NCBI RefSeq assembly: GCF_963921235.1
Contig: NC_086108.1
Span: 46,006,001-46,070,000 of the forward strand
Origin: Mobula hypostoma
Lineage: Eukaryota
DNA length: 64,000 bases
Direction: 5' to 3'
Below, piece after piece: positions 1 to 11,446 of this stretch. The notes under the pieces are model-generated. The model was not told the origin of the DNA and made no database searches. It was given only the letters and a program-made list of their open reading frames with translations. A program made the position numbers and the translations under genes. Numbering within the stretch: the stretch's first letter is position 1; every line of letters begins with the position of its first letter.

Positions 1-364
1 TCTACGTACCTATCCTGCACCTGGACCATATTCCTCCAATCTCCTCTCATCTACGTACCTATCCTGCACCTGGACCATATTCCTTCAATCTCCTCTCATC
101 TATGTATCTATCCTGCACCTGGACCATATTTCTCCAATCTCCTCTCATCTATGTACCTATCCTGCACCTGGACTATATTCCTCCAATCTTCTCTCATCTA
201 CGTACCTATCCTGCACCTGGACCATATTCCTCCAATCTCCTCTCATCTATGTACCTATCCTGCACCTGGACCATATTCCTCCAATCTCCTCTCATCTACG
301 TACCTATCCTGCACCTGGACCATATTCCTCCAATCTCCTCTCATCTGTGTACCCATCCTGCACC
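1..364. repeat. 49-bp minisatellite (~7.4 copies, runs off the window edge) derived from the CR1 ORF2 3' end
   Basis: Unit TCTACGTACCTATCCTGCACCTGGACCATATTCCTCCAATCTCCTCTCA starts at 1, 50, 99, 148, 197, 246, 295, 344. The reverse complement encodes DRYVDERRLEEYGPGA, matching the CR1 C-terminus DRYMDGRCMEGYGPCAG at ~40000-40050. Confidence 0.92.
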
Positions 365-890
365 TGCTACTTCTGCTAGCAGCTTGTTCCAGATTCGCAC
401 CATCTTCTGAATGAAGAAGTTTCTCTCCAGAATTCCCTCTGAATATTTCACCTTTCACACTAAACCTATGGTCTCTAGTTCTACTCTCACCCAGCCTGAG
501 AGGAGAAGCACCAGTCCTTACCTCTCATAACTTTGTACACAGTACCTCCATAAGACTTCCCCTCATTCTTCTGCGATCCAGGCAATAAAGTCTTAACTGA
601 TTCAACCTTTCCCCATAACTCAAGTCTTCAAGTCCAGCAACAGCCTGTAATTTTCTCAGCACTCGTTCAAGCTTATTGATGTTTTCCCTGCAGATAGGTG
701 ACCAAAACTGCACATAATACTGAAGACTCTGCCTCAGCAACATCTTGTACAATGTCAGCATTAACAGCCCAACTCCCGTACTCAACGCACTGCTTTATAA
801 AGGCCAATATGTCAAAAGCGTTTTGACCCTATCTACTGTGGTACCACATCAAAGAATTATGGATCTGTATTCCCAGGTCCTTTTTGTATG
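365..890 (-). mobile_element. Degenerate CR1 LINE 3' fragment
   Basis: ORF 525..785 (YYVQFWSP..LERV..LSYGERLNQL..RRRMRG) matches the CR1 ORF2 C-terminal region seen in the other copies. Confidence 0.85.
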
Positions 891-949
891 TCCATCATCC
901 ACGACCTCAACTCCCCTCAGGTCCTACTAGTCACCTGTGCTCTGGAGGC

Positions 950-1090
950 AACTTACATCCATAAGGAACACAGGGCACCAGGAGGAAAACCAAGCAGGCA
1001 CAGGGAAAACATGCAAATTCAGAAGACAGCACTGGAGGCCAGGATTGAACCTGGGTTGCTGGGACTGTGAATCTGCAGCTCCACAGTTAA
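950..1090 (-). mobile_element. Degenerate SINE fragment (V-SINE/HE1-like)
   Basis: cacagggaaaacatgcaaattc...aggattgaacctggg resembles the reverse complement of the SINE body at 46740-46990 plus a tRNA-like B-box. Confidence 0.5.
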
Positions 1091-1204
1091 GTGCTTTTTG
1101 GGATGTAGTTTACTTGAGGAAATCAGCGAACAATTTGTCTGCAGCATGCTCCCACAAAGAGGAATAACATTAATTTTATTCACAATGTTTTCTGGTGCAG
1201 CATA

Positions 1205-1892
1205 GAGGGATCAGAAGTGGAGAGAGTGAGCAATTTCAAGTTCCTGGCTGTCAAGATCTCTGAGGCTCTAATTTGGTCTCAACATATCAATGCATCTATA
1301 AAGAAGGCAAGACAGTGGTTATATTTCATTAGGAGTTTGAAGAGATTTGGTTTGTCACCTAAAACACTCAAAAACTTCTACAGATGTACCATGGAGAGCA
1401 TTCTGACAGGCTGCATCACTGTCTGGTGTGGGGGTAGGTGGGGTGTTGGAGGGCTATTGCACAGGACCAAAAGCAGCTACAGAAAGTTATAAAATTAGTC
1501 AGCTCTGTCTTGGGTACTATTCCCTGTAGTATCCAAGACATCTTCAAGGAGTGGTGCCTTAGAAAGGCGCTGTCCATTATTAAGGACCCCTGTCACCCAG
1601 GACATGCCCTCTTCTCATTGCTACCATCAGGAAGGAGGTACAGAAGCCTGAAGGCACACACTCAGTGATTCAGAAACAGATTCTTCCCCTCTGCCATATG
1701 ATTCCTAAATGGACATTGAACCTGTGAACACTAACTCACTTTTTTTAAAACACACATAGATACACACTTACTGTAATTGAATTATTTATTATTTTTGTTT
1801 CTATATTATCATGTTCAACTGCTGCTGCAAAGTTAACTAATTTCACAACACATGCCCATTACAATAAACCTGGCTCTGATTCTGATTCTGAT
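1205..1892 (+). mobile_element. 5'-truncated Rex1/Babar-like LINE
   Basis: ORFs 1217..1492 and 1438..1668 (VSNFKFL..KKARQWLYFIRSLKRFG..FYRCTMESILTGCITVW; HPGHALFSLLPSGRRYRS). Ends in AATAAA plus a (TCTGAT)n tail. Confidence 0.85.
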
Positions 1893-2482
1893 TAAAATGT
1901 GTCCTTTAGGCAGAACATGATATTGTTACTATTGTTGCAGCCAGCCCACTTTTAGACAGAAAATGGGCTGTAGATGTGGACTGGTTATTCAGAGCTCTTA
2001 CTAAATTCAGAACCAGTAGACATAATAGTGTCTTTATTATTGATTTATTATGAACTCTGAGTCTACACCATAGATGTTGGTTCTTTACTGACCTCCAAAC
2101 AGACCTGGCAAGTTACTGCAGTTCATCAAACTGACCATTGGTTCCACAGGAACATACCCTGTTACTTAACAATCAAGGAAATAAATCACCTACTTCTCTT
2201 GAAAGCTTTATTCATTTGCATATTTGGCTGCTTGTGTGCACATCTATAACTTCTGGGAAAGGGTTACTCCCAATTACTAGATTCTCACTATATTTAAAAC
2301 TGTTCCTGAGTCTGCTACTCCTATTCAAAGGCAATCAGCCAATTTACTTTTGTCTCTGACAGGTTTTTCTGATTTCCTTTCTTTGTCCATTTCTTGGCTA
2401 AGTATATTGTGTGTGTGTGTTTAATGCAATTTGACTGTGCAAAGGCATTCTGTGCTATCTAATAGGAAGTTTGTATACATAC

Positions 2483-2600
2483 TCTAGTATCTTTTGTCCA
2501 TATTCATTGTCCCAGCCATAAGATGGGAAATTCCTTGGTTTTCCAAAAGTAACTCTGGAAGCTGAGACTTTGATGAGGGGGTTGGCCAATGACTGGAAAC
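2483..2600 (-). CDS. ovoA: ovoA exon 7 (start of the FGE-sulfatase-like domain); the gene continues beyond the left edge
   Basis: cctgtag|GTTTCCAG...ATACTAGA|gtatgt, 118 nt, phase 1 to phase 2. Encodes (G)FQSLANPLIKVSASRVTFGKPRNFPSYGWDNEYGQKIL; the GKP..FPSYGWDNEYG motif is characteristic of OvoA. Confidence 0.93.
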
Positions 2601-3569
2601 CTACAGGTGAGAATGAAGATGTAAATCAAAAAAAATTGATGATTGCTACGGGAACACTCATTTCCTTTTTGCTTAAAATAATGACATGCAATGAAAACAA
2701 AAGCATTACTGTATATCCGAATCTGTGCAACTTTTAAACTGTTCTATTTGAGTCCCTTCTGCCCTCTCTTTCCTTTGATCCTCCCAGAGCACAAAGCGTT
2801 TGAAGCCATCTGGCCCCTGCCAGTCTGTTTCTAAAACAGTCCACAGGAAAATGCTTTCTGATTCCTTACTGCTTCTGCCTTGATCTCACCTGAACTGATG
2901 CCAAGTCATGGGGGAAGCACTCCTTGCATTGTCTAAAGCAACTTGGTCATTGCTTTCGTCACTAACTCAGACAGTGGTTTATACAATCTCATCACCCTTC
3001 AGTCCTGTCCTCAGACACGGATGTATTTGTTCAGTACTTTTTGTTAGTAGAAATGTTCCATTCCTCTTTCCGCAACAATATCACTGTGGATTCCACACAC
3101 CTTTTTGAACCATCAACTTCTAATTTAACAAAAACATTAAAGAATGTTTTCTTTCCATACATCCTATTATATTTCGCTCATTGGCTTTCCGGTAGAACCA
3201 GGCCAAGACTATACATTTCTATTCCAACTGCTGTGAAACTATTTATGCATTTAGTCAACATTGCAGTTCAATTATAATGCTGTCTTTCTTGCCAAAAGGC
3301 AGTTATTCACATGTGAATCCACAGTTATTTATTGCATCCGGTGCTCCTCTGTATTGGTGAGACTGTAGGATTTTGCAGCTAAAACATGCGAGAGTCATCT
3401 TCTGTGCTTAACAAAAGCTGCAGAACTTTACTTCCATTATGAACAAACCAAAAACAGTCACCTTCCTCTAACATCATTACATCAGACGTCATCTCTTGAA
3501 GTGAAATGACGGTGTTTGTGAATTATGTGGAACAGTTTCTATGACTAACAATATGTGTCATCGGTTACC

Positions 3570-4060
3570 CTACAACACCTGATGCAGGTTGGAGGATCAC
3601 TTCATTGAGCACCTTCGTTCCACCTGTCGGGATCTCCCTGAGCTAGCTTTTTAAATTTTACTTCCCATTCCCACACTGACATATCTGTCCATGGTCTCCC
3701 CTACTACCAGGCTGAGGCTAGACACAGTTTTGTAGAACAACACCTCATATTCCACCTTGGTCATCTCCAACCTGACAGCATCAACATCAACTCCTCTAAT
3801 TTCAGGAAACTACTCCCCTCTGACCCTTTTTTTTGCCCCTTGTCTCACTAGCCCCCATTATCCCTTCTCTTTCCCCCTCCCCTGTTCTCTTGATCTGCCC
3901 ATCATTCACACATTCCTCCCACTGGTTCCCCTCTTCATATCCTTCCCTTTATCCACAGTCTACTATCAGATTCCATCTTCTTCCGTCCTTTGTCACTTTA
4001 GTTTGTCACTGTGCTCATCCACCATCATCTCAGCTGGCCTTTGCAGCTTCTTCAGAACAA
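3570..4060 (+). mobile_element. Degenerate Penelope-like element 3' fragment
   Basis: Aligns by eye to 21370-21850 (cccattcccacactgacatatctgtccatgg...gaacaacacctcatattcc...ctccaacctga), followed by pyrimidine-rich pLTR sequence. Confidence 0.75.
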
Positions 4061-4264
4061 TTTCCTTTACCTCCTTTTTATTTATCCTCTCTGGGCTTGG
4101 GCACTGATCTCTCTAACCTTATGACCAACTCACTAATGTGTCCAGTGTGGTCACAAGATGTAAGACACGAGAGGCCACTTCCAATCACACAAGAGAGTGC
4201 CAGCCTAGGGAGATATTTTTGCCATCTAGGAATGCTACACTGTGAATATGAGAAATCCACTGAC

Positions 4265-4391
4265 CACTCTTTGACGGGGCATATTTCTAGTTTAGAGGCC
4301 TCTGAACCAGGTGAATTGGCAGCTGACGAATTAGCACGGATGAAGTTTCCAAATGAATTCGCTCATGTTCAAATCCCATGAAAATTGCCCA
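4265..4391 (-). CDS. ovoA: ovoA exon 6, containing the HX3HXE iron-binding motif and an in-frame TAG (4289-4287)
   Basis: tttttttccag|TGGGCA...AAGAGTG|gtcagt, 127 nt, phase 0 to 1. Encodes WAIFMGFEHERIHLETSSVLIRQLPIHLVQRPLN*KYAPSKS(G). Confidence 0.95.
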
Positions 4392-4855
4392 CTGGAAAAA
4401 AAAAGATAAAAATGAGCTGGCTTTCATTTTGTTATTGTCCTTACAAGAAAAGTATTGCAATGCACTGCAGTCTTTGGGAAACAATCTGAAAAAATGCAAT
4501 AGGTTTATTTTTGCAATTCACTTGGAAGTTCAGTCAGGTTTTAATCCCAAATGTCACAAACCGGCTCGTCTCAGCATAGCTGGTGGTTTGGATGCTGAAG
4601 AAGATCTTAGACCTGCTATATGCTGATGCCTGATGTTGTAGTGTGTGAAGGAAGAGAAGTGGGTGCAGTTACTGTTACAAGAGAGAAGATGCTCAAAAAG
4701 CTGAAAGACCTAAAGGTACATAAGTCACCCGGACCAGATGAACTGCACCCTAGGGTTTTAGAAACATAGAAACATAGAAAATAGGTGCAGGAGTAGGCCA
4801 TTCGGCCCTTCGAGCCTGCACCGCCATTTATTATGATCATGGCTGATCATCCAAC

Positions 4856-7800
4856 TCAGAACCCTGCCCCAGCCTTCCCTCCATACCCCCTGACCCCCGT
4901 AGCCACAAGGGCCATGTCTAACTCCCTCTTAAATATAGCCAATGAACTGGCCTCAACTGTTTCCTGTGGCAGAGAATTCCACAGATTCACCACTCTCTGT
5001 GTGAAGAAGTTTTTCCTAATCTCGATCCTAAAAGGCTTCCCCTCTATCCTCAAACTGTGGCCCCTCGTTCTGGACTTCCCCAACATTGGGAACAATCTTC
5101 CTGCATCTAGCCTGTCCAATCCCTTTAGGATCTTATACGTTTCAATCAGATCCCCCCTCAATCTTCTAAATTCCAACGAGTACAAGCCCACTTCATCCAG
5201 TCTTTCTTCATATGAAAGTCCTGCCATCCCAGGAATCAATCTGGTGAACCTTCTTTGTACTCCCTCTATGGCAAGGATGTCTTTCCTCAGATTAGGGGAC
5301 CAAAACTGCACACAATACTCCAGGTGTGGTCTCACCAAGACCTTGTACAACTGCAGTTGTACCTCCCTGCTCCTGTACTCGAATCCTCTCGCTATAAATG
5401 CCAGCATACCATTCGCCTTTTTCACGGCCTGCTGTACCTGCATGCCCACTTTCAATGACTGGTGTATAATGACACCCAGGTCTCGTTGCACCTCCCCTTT
5501 TCCTAATCGGCTACCATTCAGATAATAATCTGTTTTCCTATTTTTGCCACCAAAGTGGATAACTTCACATTTATCCACATTAAATTGCATCTGCCATGAA
5601 TTTGCCCACTCACCCAACCTATCCAAGTCACCCTGCATCCTCTTAGCATCCTCCTCACAGCTAACACTGCCACCCAGCTTCGTGTCATGCGCAAACTTGG
5701 AGATGCTGCATTTAATTCCTTCATCCAAGTCATTAATATATATTGTAAACAACTGGGGTCCCAGCACTGAGCCTTGCGGTACCCCACTAGTCACCGCCTG
5801 CCATTCTGAAAAGGTCCCATTTATTCCCACTCTTTGCTTCCTGTCTGCTAACCAATTCTCCACCCACACCAATACCTTACCCCCAATACCGTGTGCTTTA
5901 AGTTTGCACACTAATCTCCTGTGTGGGACCTTGTCAAAAGCCTTTTGAAAATCCAAATATACCACATCCACTGGTTCTCCCCTATCCACTCTACTAGTTA
6001 CATCCTCAAAAAATTCTATGAGATTCGTCAGACATGATTTTCCTTTCACAAATCCGTGCTGACTTTGTCCGATCATTTCACTGCTTTCCAAATGTGCTGT
6101 TATCACATCCTTGATAACTGACTCCAGCAGTTTCCCCACCACTGACGTTAGGCTAACCGGTCTATAATTCCCCGGTTTCTCTCTCCCTCCTTTTTTAAAA
6201 AGTGGAGTTACATTAGCCACCCTCCAATCCTCAGGACCTAGTCCAGAATCTAACGAGTTTTGAAAAATTATCACTAATGCATCCACTATTTCTTGGGCTA
6301 CTTCCTTAAGCACTCTAGGATGCAGAGCATCTGGCCCTGGGGATTTATCTGCCTTCAATCCCTTCAATTTACTTAACACCAGTTCCCTACTAACATGTAT
6401 TTCGCTCAGTTCCTCCATCTCACTGGACCCTCTGTCCCCTACTATTTCTGGAAGATTATTTATGTCCTCCTTACTGAAGACAGAACCAAAGTAATTATTC
6501 AATTGGTCTGCCATGTCCTTGCTCCCCATAATCAATTCACCTGTTTCTGTCTGCAGGGGACCTACATTTGTCTTTACCAGTCTTTTCCTTTTTACATATC
6601 TATAAAAGCTTTTACAGTCCGTTTTTATGTTCCCTGCCAGTTTTCTCTCATAATCTTTTTTCCCTTTCCTAATTAAGCCTTTTGTTCTCCTCTGCTGAAC
6701 TCTGAATTTCTCCCAGTCCTCAGGTGAGCCACTTTCTCTGGCTAATTTGTATGCTTCTTCTTTGGACTTGATACTATCCCTAATTTCTCTTGTCAGCCAC
6801 GGGTGCACTACCTTCCTTGATTTATTCTTTTGCCAAACTGGGATGAACAATTGTTGTAGTTCATCCATGCAACCTTTAAATGCTTGCCATTGCATATCCA
6901 CCGTCAATCCTTTAAGTGTCATTTGCCAGTCTATCTTAGCTAATTCACGTCTCATACCTTCAAAGTTACCCCTCTTTAAGTTCAGAATCTTTGTTTCTGA
7001 ATTAACTATGTCACTCTCCATCTTAATGAAGAATTCCACCATATTATGGTCACTCTTACCCAAGGGGCCTCTCACGACAAGATTGCTAATTAACCCTTCC
7101 TCATTGCTCAAAACCCAGTCCAGAATAGCCTGCTCTCTAGTTGGTTCCTCGACATGTTGGTTCAAAAAACCATCCCGCATACATTCCAAGAAATCCTCTT
7201 CCTCAGCACCTTTACCAATTTGGTTCACCCAATCTACATGTAGATTGAAGTCACCCATTATAACTGCTGTTCCTTTATTGCACACATTTCTAATTTCCTG
7301 TTTAATACCATCTCCCACCTCACTACTACTGTTAGGTGGCCTGTACACAACTCCCACCAGCGTCTTCTGCCCCTTAGTGTTACGCAGCTCTACCCATATC
7401 GATTCCACATCTTCCCGGCTTATGTCCTTCCTTTCTATTGCGTTAATCTCTTCTTTAACCAGCAACGCCACCCCACCTCCCCTTCCTTCTTGTCTATCCC
7501 TCCTGAATATTGAATATCCCTAAACGTTGAGCTCCCATCCCTGGTCACCCTGGAGCCATGTCTCTGTGATCCCAACTATATCATAATCATTAATAACAAT
7601 CTGCACTTTCAATTCATCCACCTTATTACGAATGCTCCTTGCATTGACACACAAAGCCTTCAGGCGCTCTTTTACAAATCTCTTAGCCCTTATACAATTA
7701 TGCTGAAAAGTGGCCCTTTTTAATGCTTGCCCTGGATTTGTCGGCCTGCCACTTTTACTTTTCTCCTTAGTACTTTTTGCTTCTATCCTCACTTTACACC

Positions 7801-7903
7801 CCTCTGTCTCTCTGCACTGGTTCCCATCCCCCTGCTGTGAACTAACCTCCTCACGCCTAGCCTCTTTAATTTGAATCCCACCACCCAACCATTCTAGTTT
7901 AAA
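4856..7903 (-). pseudogene. CR1 ORF2 (APE endonuclease + reverse transcriptase) with one in-frame TAG (7522-7520) and a catalytic-motif change FADD to FAHD
   Basis: ORFs 7520..7888 and 4856..7471 are in the same frame. Motifs: [52 protein letters not shown]. Confidence 0.92.
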
Positions 7904-8886
7904 GTCACCTCAGTAGCCCCTGCTAATCTCCCTGCCAGGATATTGGTCCCCCTAGGATTCAAGTGTAACCCGTCCTTTTTATACAGGTCACGCCTGCGCC
8001 AAAAGAGGTCCCAATGATCCAAAAACTTGAATCCCTGCCCCCTGCTCCAATCCCTCAGCCACGCATTTATCCTCCACCTCATCGCATTCCTACTCTCACT
8101 GTCGCGTGGCACAGGCAGTAATCCGGAGATTACTACCTTTGCGGTCCTTTTCCTCAACTCCCTACCTAGCTCCCTATATTCTCCTTTCAGGACCTCATCC
8201 CTTTTCCTACCTATGTCATTGGTACCTATATGTACCTCGACCTCTGGCTCCTCACCCTCCCACTTCAGGATATCTTGGACACGATCAGAAATATCCTGGA
8301 CCCTGGCACCAGGGAGGCAAACCACCATCCGGGTCTCTGGACTGTGTCCACAGAATCGCCTATCTGACCCCCTTACTATTGAGTCCCCTATCACAACTGC
8401 CCTCCTCTTCCTTGCCCTACCCTTCTGAGCTACAGGGCCAGACTCTGTGCTGGAGGCACGGCCACTGTCGCTTCCCCCGGGTAAGCTGTCCCCCCCAACA
8501 GTACTCAAACAGGAGTACCTGTTGTTAAGGGGCACAGCCACCGGAGTACTCCCTATTACCTGACTTTTCCCCTTCCCCCTCCTAACCATGACCCACTTGT
8601 CTGCCTCCCGTGGCCCCGGCGTGACCACCTGCCTGCAACTCCTCTCTATCACCTCCTCACTCTCCCTGACCAGATGAAGGTCATCGAGCTGCAGCTCCAG
8701 TTCCGTAACGCGGTCCCTTAGGAGCTGCATCTTGATGCACTTGGCGCAGATGTAGACGTCCGGGAGGCTTGGAGACTCCAGGGCCTCCCACATCCGACAC
8801 CGAGAACAGCAAACTGCCCTCACACTCATACTGCCCCTCTCCTCAAATAGCAACAGAAAATGAATGCCAAACCTTCCTCGCCTCAC
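7894..8886 (-). CDS. CR1 ORF1 protein (zinc finger, leucine zipper, SGNH/GDSL esterase-like domain)
   Basis: CSRC..CAKC zinc finger, LRDRVTELELQLDDL coiled coil, VVIGDSIVRG, HIGTND and DGLHLN SGNH blocks. Frame is intact; the true start is probably MSVRAVCC. Confidence 0.92.
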   Translation of the reverse strand: MRRGRFGIHFLLLFEERGSMSVRAVCCSRCRMWEALESPSLPDVYICAKCIKMQLLRDRVTELELQLDDLHLVRESEEVIERSCRQVVTPGPREADKWVMVRRGKGKSQVIGSTPVAVPLNNRYSCLSTVGGDSLPGGSDSGRASSTESGPVAQKGRARKRRAVVIGDSIVRGSDRRFCGHSPETRMVVCLPGARVQDISDRVQDILKWEGEEPEVEVHIGTNDIGRKRDEVLKGEYRELGRELRKRTAKVVISGLLPVPRDSESRNAMRWRINAWLRDWSRGQGFKFLDHWDLFWRRRDLYKKDGLHLNPRGTNILAGRLAGATEVTLN

Positions 8887-11446
8887 CTGTTTTCGCCTAA
8901 GCCCGTTGAGCCGAAGCCCTTAAGTCTTCACTCTGCTCCCGGCTCACTCCGCAGCCCGCAAACTACGCTGCCCGCTCTATGAGGCTCTGTTCCTTTTAAA
9001 TCTGCCGCGCTGCACTGCCCAACGTCACACGCCTGCGCAGTCCCGCCTCTCAGAACACCGTTGGAGAAAAAAAATAACGAAAATTTCAAAAATGTCTTTC
9101 TCGGCACTCCCACTCAGACTCTCAGACTCCTTGAAAGAGGTAGCATTAGAAATTGTGGTGGAATTAGAAATGATCTTTCAAAACTCATTGAACTCTGGCA
9201 TGGTGCCAGAGGACTGGAAAATTGCAAATGTCACTCCACTCTTTAAGAAAGGAGGAAGGCAGCAGAAAGGAAATTATAGACCAGTTAGACAGACCTCAGT
9301 GGTTGGGAAGATGTTCGAATCAATCGTTAAGGATGAGGTGATGGAGTACTTGGTGACACAGGACAAGATAGTACAAAGCTAGCATGATTTCCTTCAGGGA
9401 AAATCTTGCCTGACAAACCTGTTGGAATTCTTTGAGGAGATTACAAGTAGGATAGATAAAGGGGATGTAGTGGATGTTGCATATTTGGATTTTCAGAAGG
9501 CCTTTGATAACGTGCCACACATAAGGCTGCTTACTAAGTTAAGAGCCCATGGTGTTGCAGGAAAGTTACTAACATGGCTAGAACATTGGCTGATCAGTAG
9601 GAGGCAGCAGGTGGGAATAAAAGGAACCTTTTCTGGTTGGCTGCTGGTAACTAGAGGTGTTCTGCAGGGGTCAGTGTTGGGAGCCCTTCTTTTTATGCTG
9701 TATATAAATGATTTAGTTGATGTAATAGATAGCTTTGTTGCCAAGTTGCAGATGATACAAAAATTGGTGGAGGGGCAGGTAGTGCTGAAGAAACAGATAG
9801 GATGCAGAAGGACTTAGACAGATTAGGAGAATGGGCAAGAAAGTGGCAAATGAAATACAATGTTGGAAAATGCATGGTCATCCACTTTGGTAATAGAAAT
9901 AAATGTGTGGACTATTTTCTAACTGGGGAGAAAATCCAGGAATCTGAGATGCAGAGGGACTTGGGATTCCTTGTGCAGAACACCCTGAAGGTTAACTTGC
10001 AGGTTGAGTCGGTGGTGAGCAAGGCAAATGCCATATTAGCATTCATTTCAAGAAGTCCGGAATACAAGAGCAAGGATGTGATGCTGAGGCTTTATAAGGC
10101 ACTGGTGAGGCCTCACCTTGAGTATTGTGAACAGTTTTTGGCTCCTCATCTTAGAAGAGATGTGCTGGCATTGGAGAGGGTCCAGAGGAGGTTCACAAGG
10201 ATGATTCCAGGAATGAAAGGGTTATCACATAAGGAATGTTTGATGATTCTGGGTCTGTACTTGCTGAAATTTAGAAGGATGAGGGGGAATCTCATTGAAA
10301 CCTTTCGAATGTTGAAAGGCCTAGACAGAGTAGATGTGGAAAGGATGTTTCCCATGGTGGGAGAGTCTAGGACAAGTGGGCACAGCTTCAGGATAGAGGG
10401 GTGTCCTTTCAAAACAGAGATACAGAGAAATTTCTTTAGCCAAAGGGTGGTGAATTTGTGGTAATTGTTGCCACATGCAGCTGTGGAGGCCAGGTCATTG
10501 GGTGTATTTAAGGTAGAGATTGATAAGTTCTTGATTGGACATGGCATCAAAGGTTACGGGGAGAAGGCTGGGAACTGGGGTTGTGGAGGAGATAGAAAAA
10601 AAGATCAGCCATGATTGAATGGCAGAGCAGACTCGATGGGTCAAATGGCCTAATTCTGCTCCTATGTCTTATAGTCTTATAGTCTTATTTAAGAAAAGGA
10701 GAAAGTTCATCACAGAGATGTCCCTTCTAAGAGCTGAGCTGAACTCTGGGTTAAGGGACTTAAAAACGTGCAAAATTACAGCACAGGAAAAGGCCCTTCA
10801 AACCTCGAAGTTGTGCCTTTGCTGAAGTTTCACATTTGATTAGGTTCATTTTACAAGAAACAGACAACCTGTTTAGTCACAAAGAAAAACTCCCATCCAA
10901 CAGCTTTTATTGTTGATTACATCATTGTTAGTGTCCAGAGCCTTTAAAGTGAGGTCATTAGTGTGGGGAATGGAACAGGGTTTTATTTCAGGTACCCCAT
11001 GCTAGCATGGAAGAATGCCGGTACAAGTCTCCTTTCCCATCCTGTGTCAAATACCCAAGTCAGATATTGCATGGATCGGGTGAAAATCAAGCCTCCTTTT
11101 ACACTTGTACATCAGACCTTCTCAGGCTATGAAATAAGGTGCACTTAAAGTTGCCTCTATATTGTCCATTGAAGCACTCTCCACCCTGGGGAAGGCTTAT
11201 TATTAGTAATAAAGTTAATATATAATATTATTAATTATTATTAGTAAAGTTCGCTAAGGTATGCCACCAACATAACGTCACCTGGAATTTCCCTGACTTC
11301 AGCCTAACTTCCATATTGCTTTATTTTTGTTAATAGTAGCAGAGAGTTTGAATGAGGGATGAACAGAGTTGACTAAACAGTACATTTTCCTCCACCATAG
11401 AACTCTTTGTATCTTAAATCAAATGGAAGAATATTTATCTCCTTAC

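Larger units (their letters stand above)
4759..9128 (-). mobile_element. Full-length young CR1 LINE (5' UTR, ORF1, ORF2, 3' hairpin and (TTTCTATG)n tail) in ovoA intron 5
   Basis: Contains ORF1 7894..8886 and ORF2 4856..7903. 3' stem GGTGCAGG...CCTGCACC and an octamer tail at 4759-4780. Confidence 0.96.
4625..10690 (+). mobile_element. 5'-truncated CR1 LINE, split by the full-length antisense CR1 at 4759-9128
   Basis: Left piece encodes KSPGPDELHPRV(L) up to ~4758. The right piece resumes at LKEVALEIV (~9131) and runs through RT fragments 9092..10464 to a (tcttatag)n-like tail at ~10670-10690. Confidence 0.9.

Noticed and set aside
1..364. Regularly spaced repeats resembling a CRISPR array; repetitive ORFs 102..410 and 151..414
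   Set aside because: Units are head-to-tail with no unique spacers, derive from CR1, and the context is a vertebrate intron. The ORFs are by-products of the repeat.
2093..2158. AG...GT-bounded segment on the minus strand as a possible ovoA exon 8 (contains TNGQF)
   Set aside because: In the phase required after exon 7 it reaches TAA (VCSCGTNGQFDELQ*), the acceptor lacks a pyrimidine tract, and the expected continuation of the FGE-like domain is not recognisable.
2214..2335. Octamer ATTTGCAT followed by a TATA-like run and a hydrophobic LFLSLLLLFKG stretch, resembling an immunoglobulin promoter and leader
   Set aside because: No ATG, no GT donor, and no V exon or RSS downstream; it lies in an ovoA intron.
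3833..4381. 182-aa plus-strand ORF
   Set aside because: The 5' half is pyrimidine-rich Penelope pLTR and the 3' half is antisense to ovoA exon 6; no recognisable domain.
4833..8528. Long plus-strand ORFs (4833..5525, 5544..5948, 6747..7523, 8027..8428, 8106..8528)
   Set aside because: Antisense shadows of CR1 ORF1/ORF2. Equivalent shadows appear opposite the other CR1 copies in the window.
7894..8886. GDSL/SGNH esterase as a host or horizontally acquired enzyme gene
   Set aside because: It is the standard esterase-like domain of CR1 ORF1 and recurs in the second full-length CR1.
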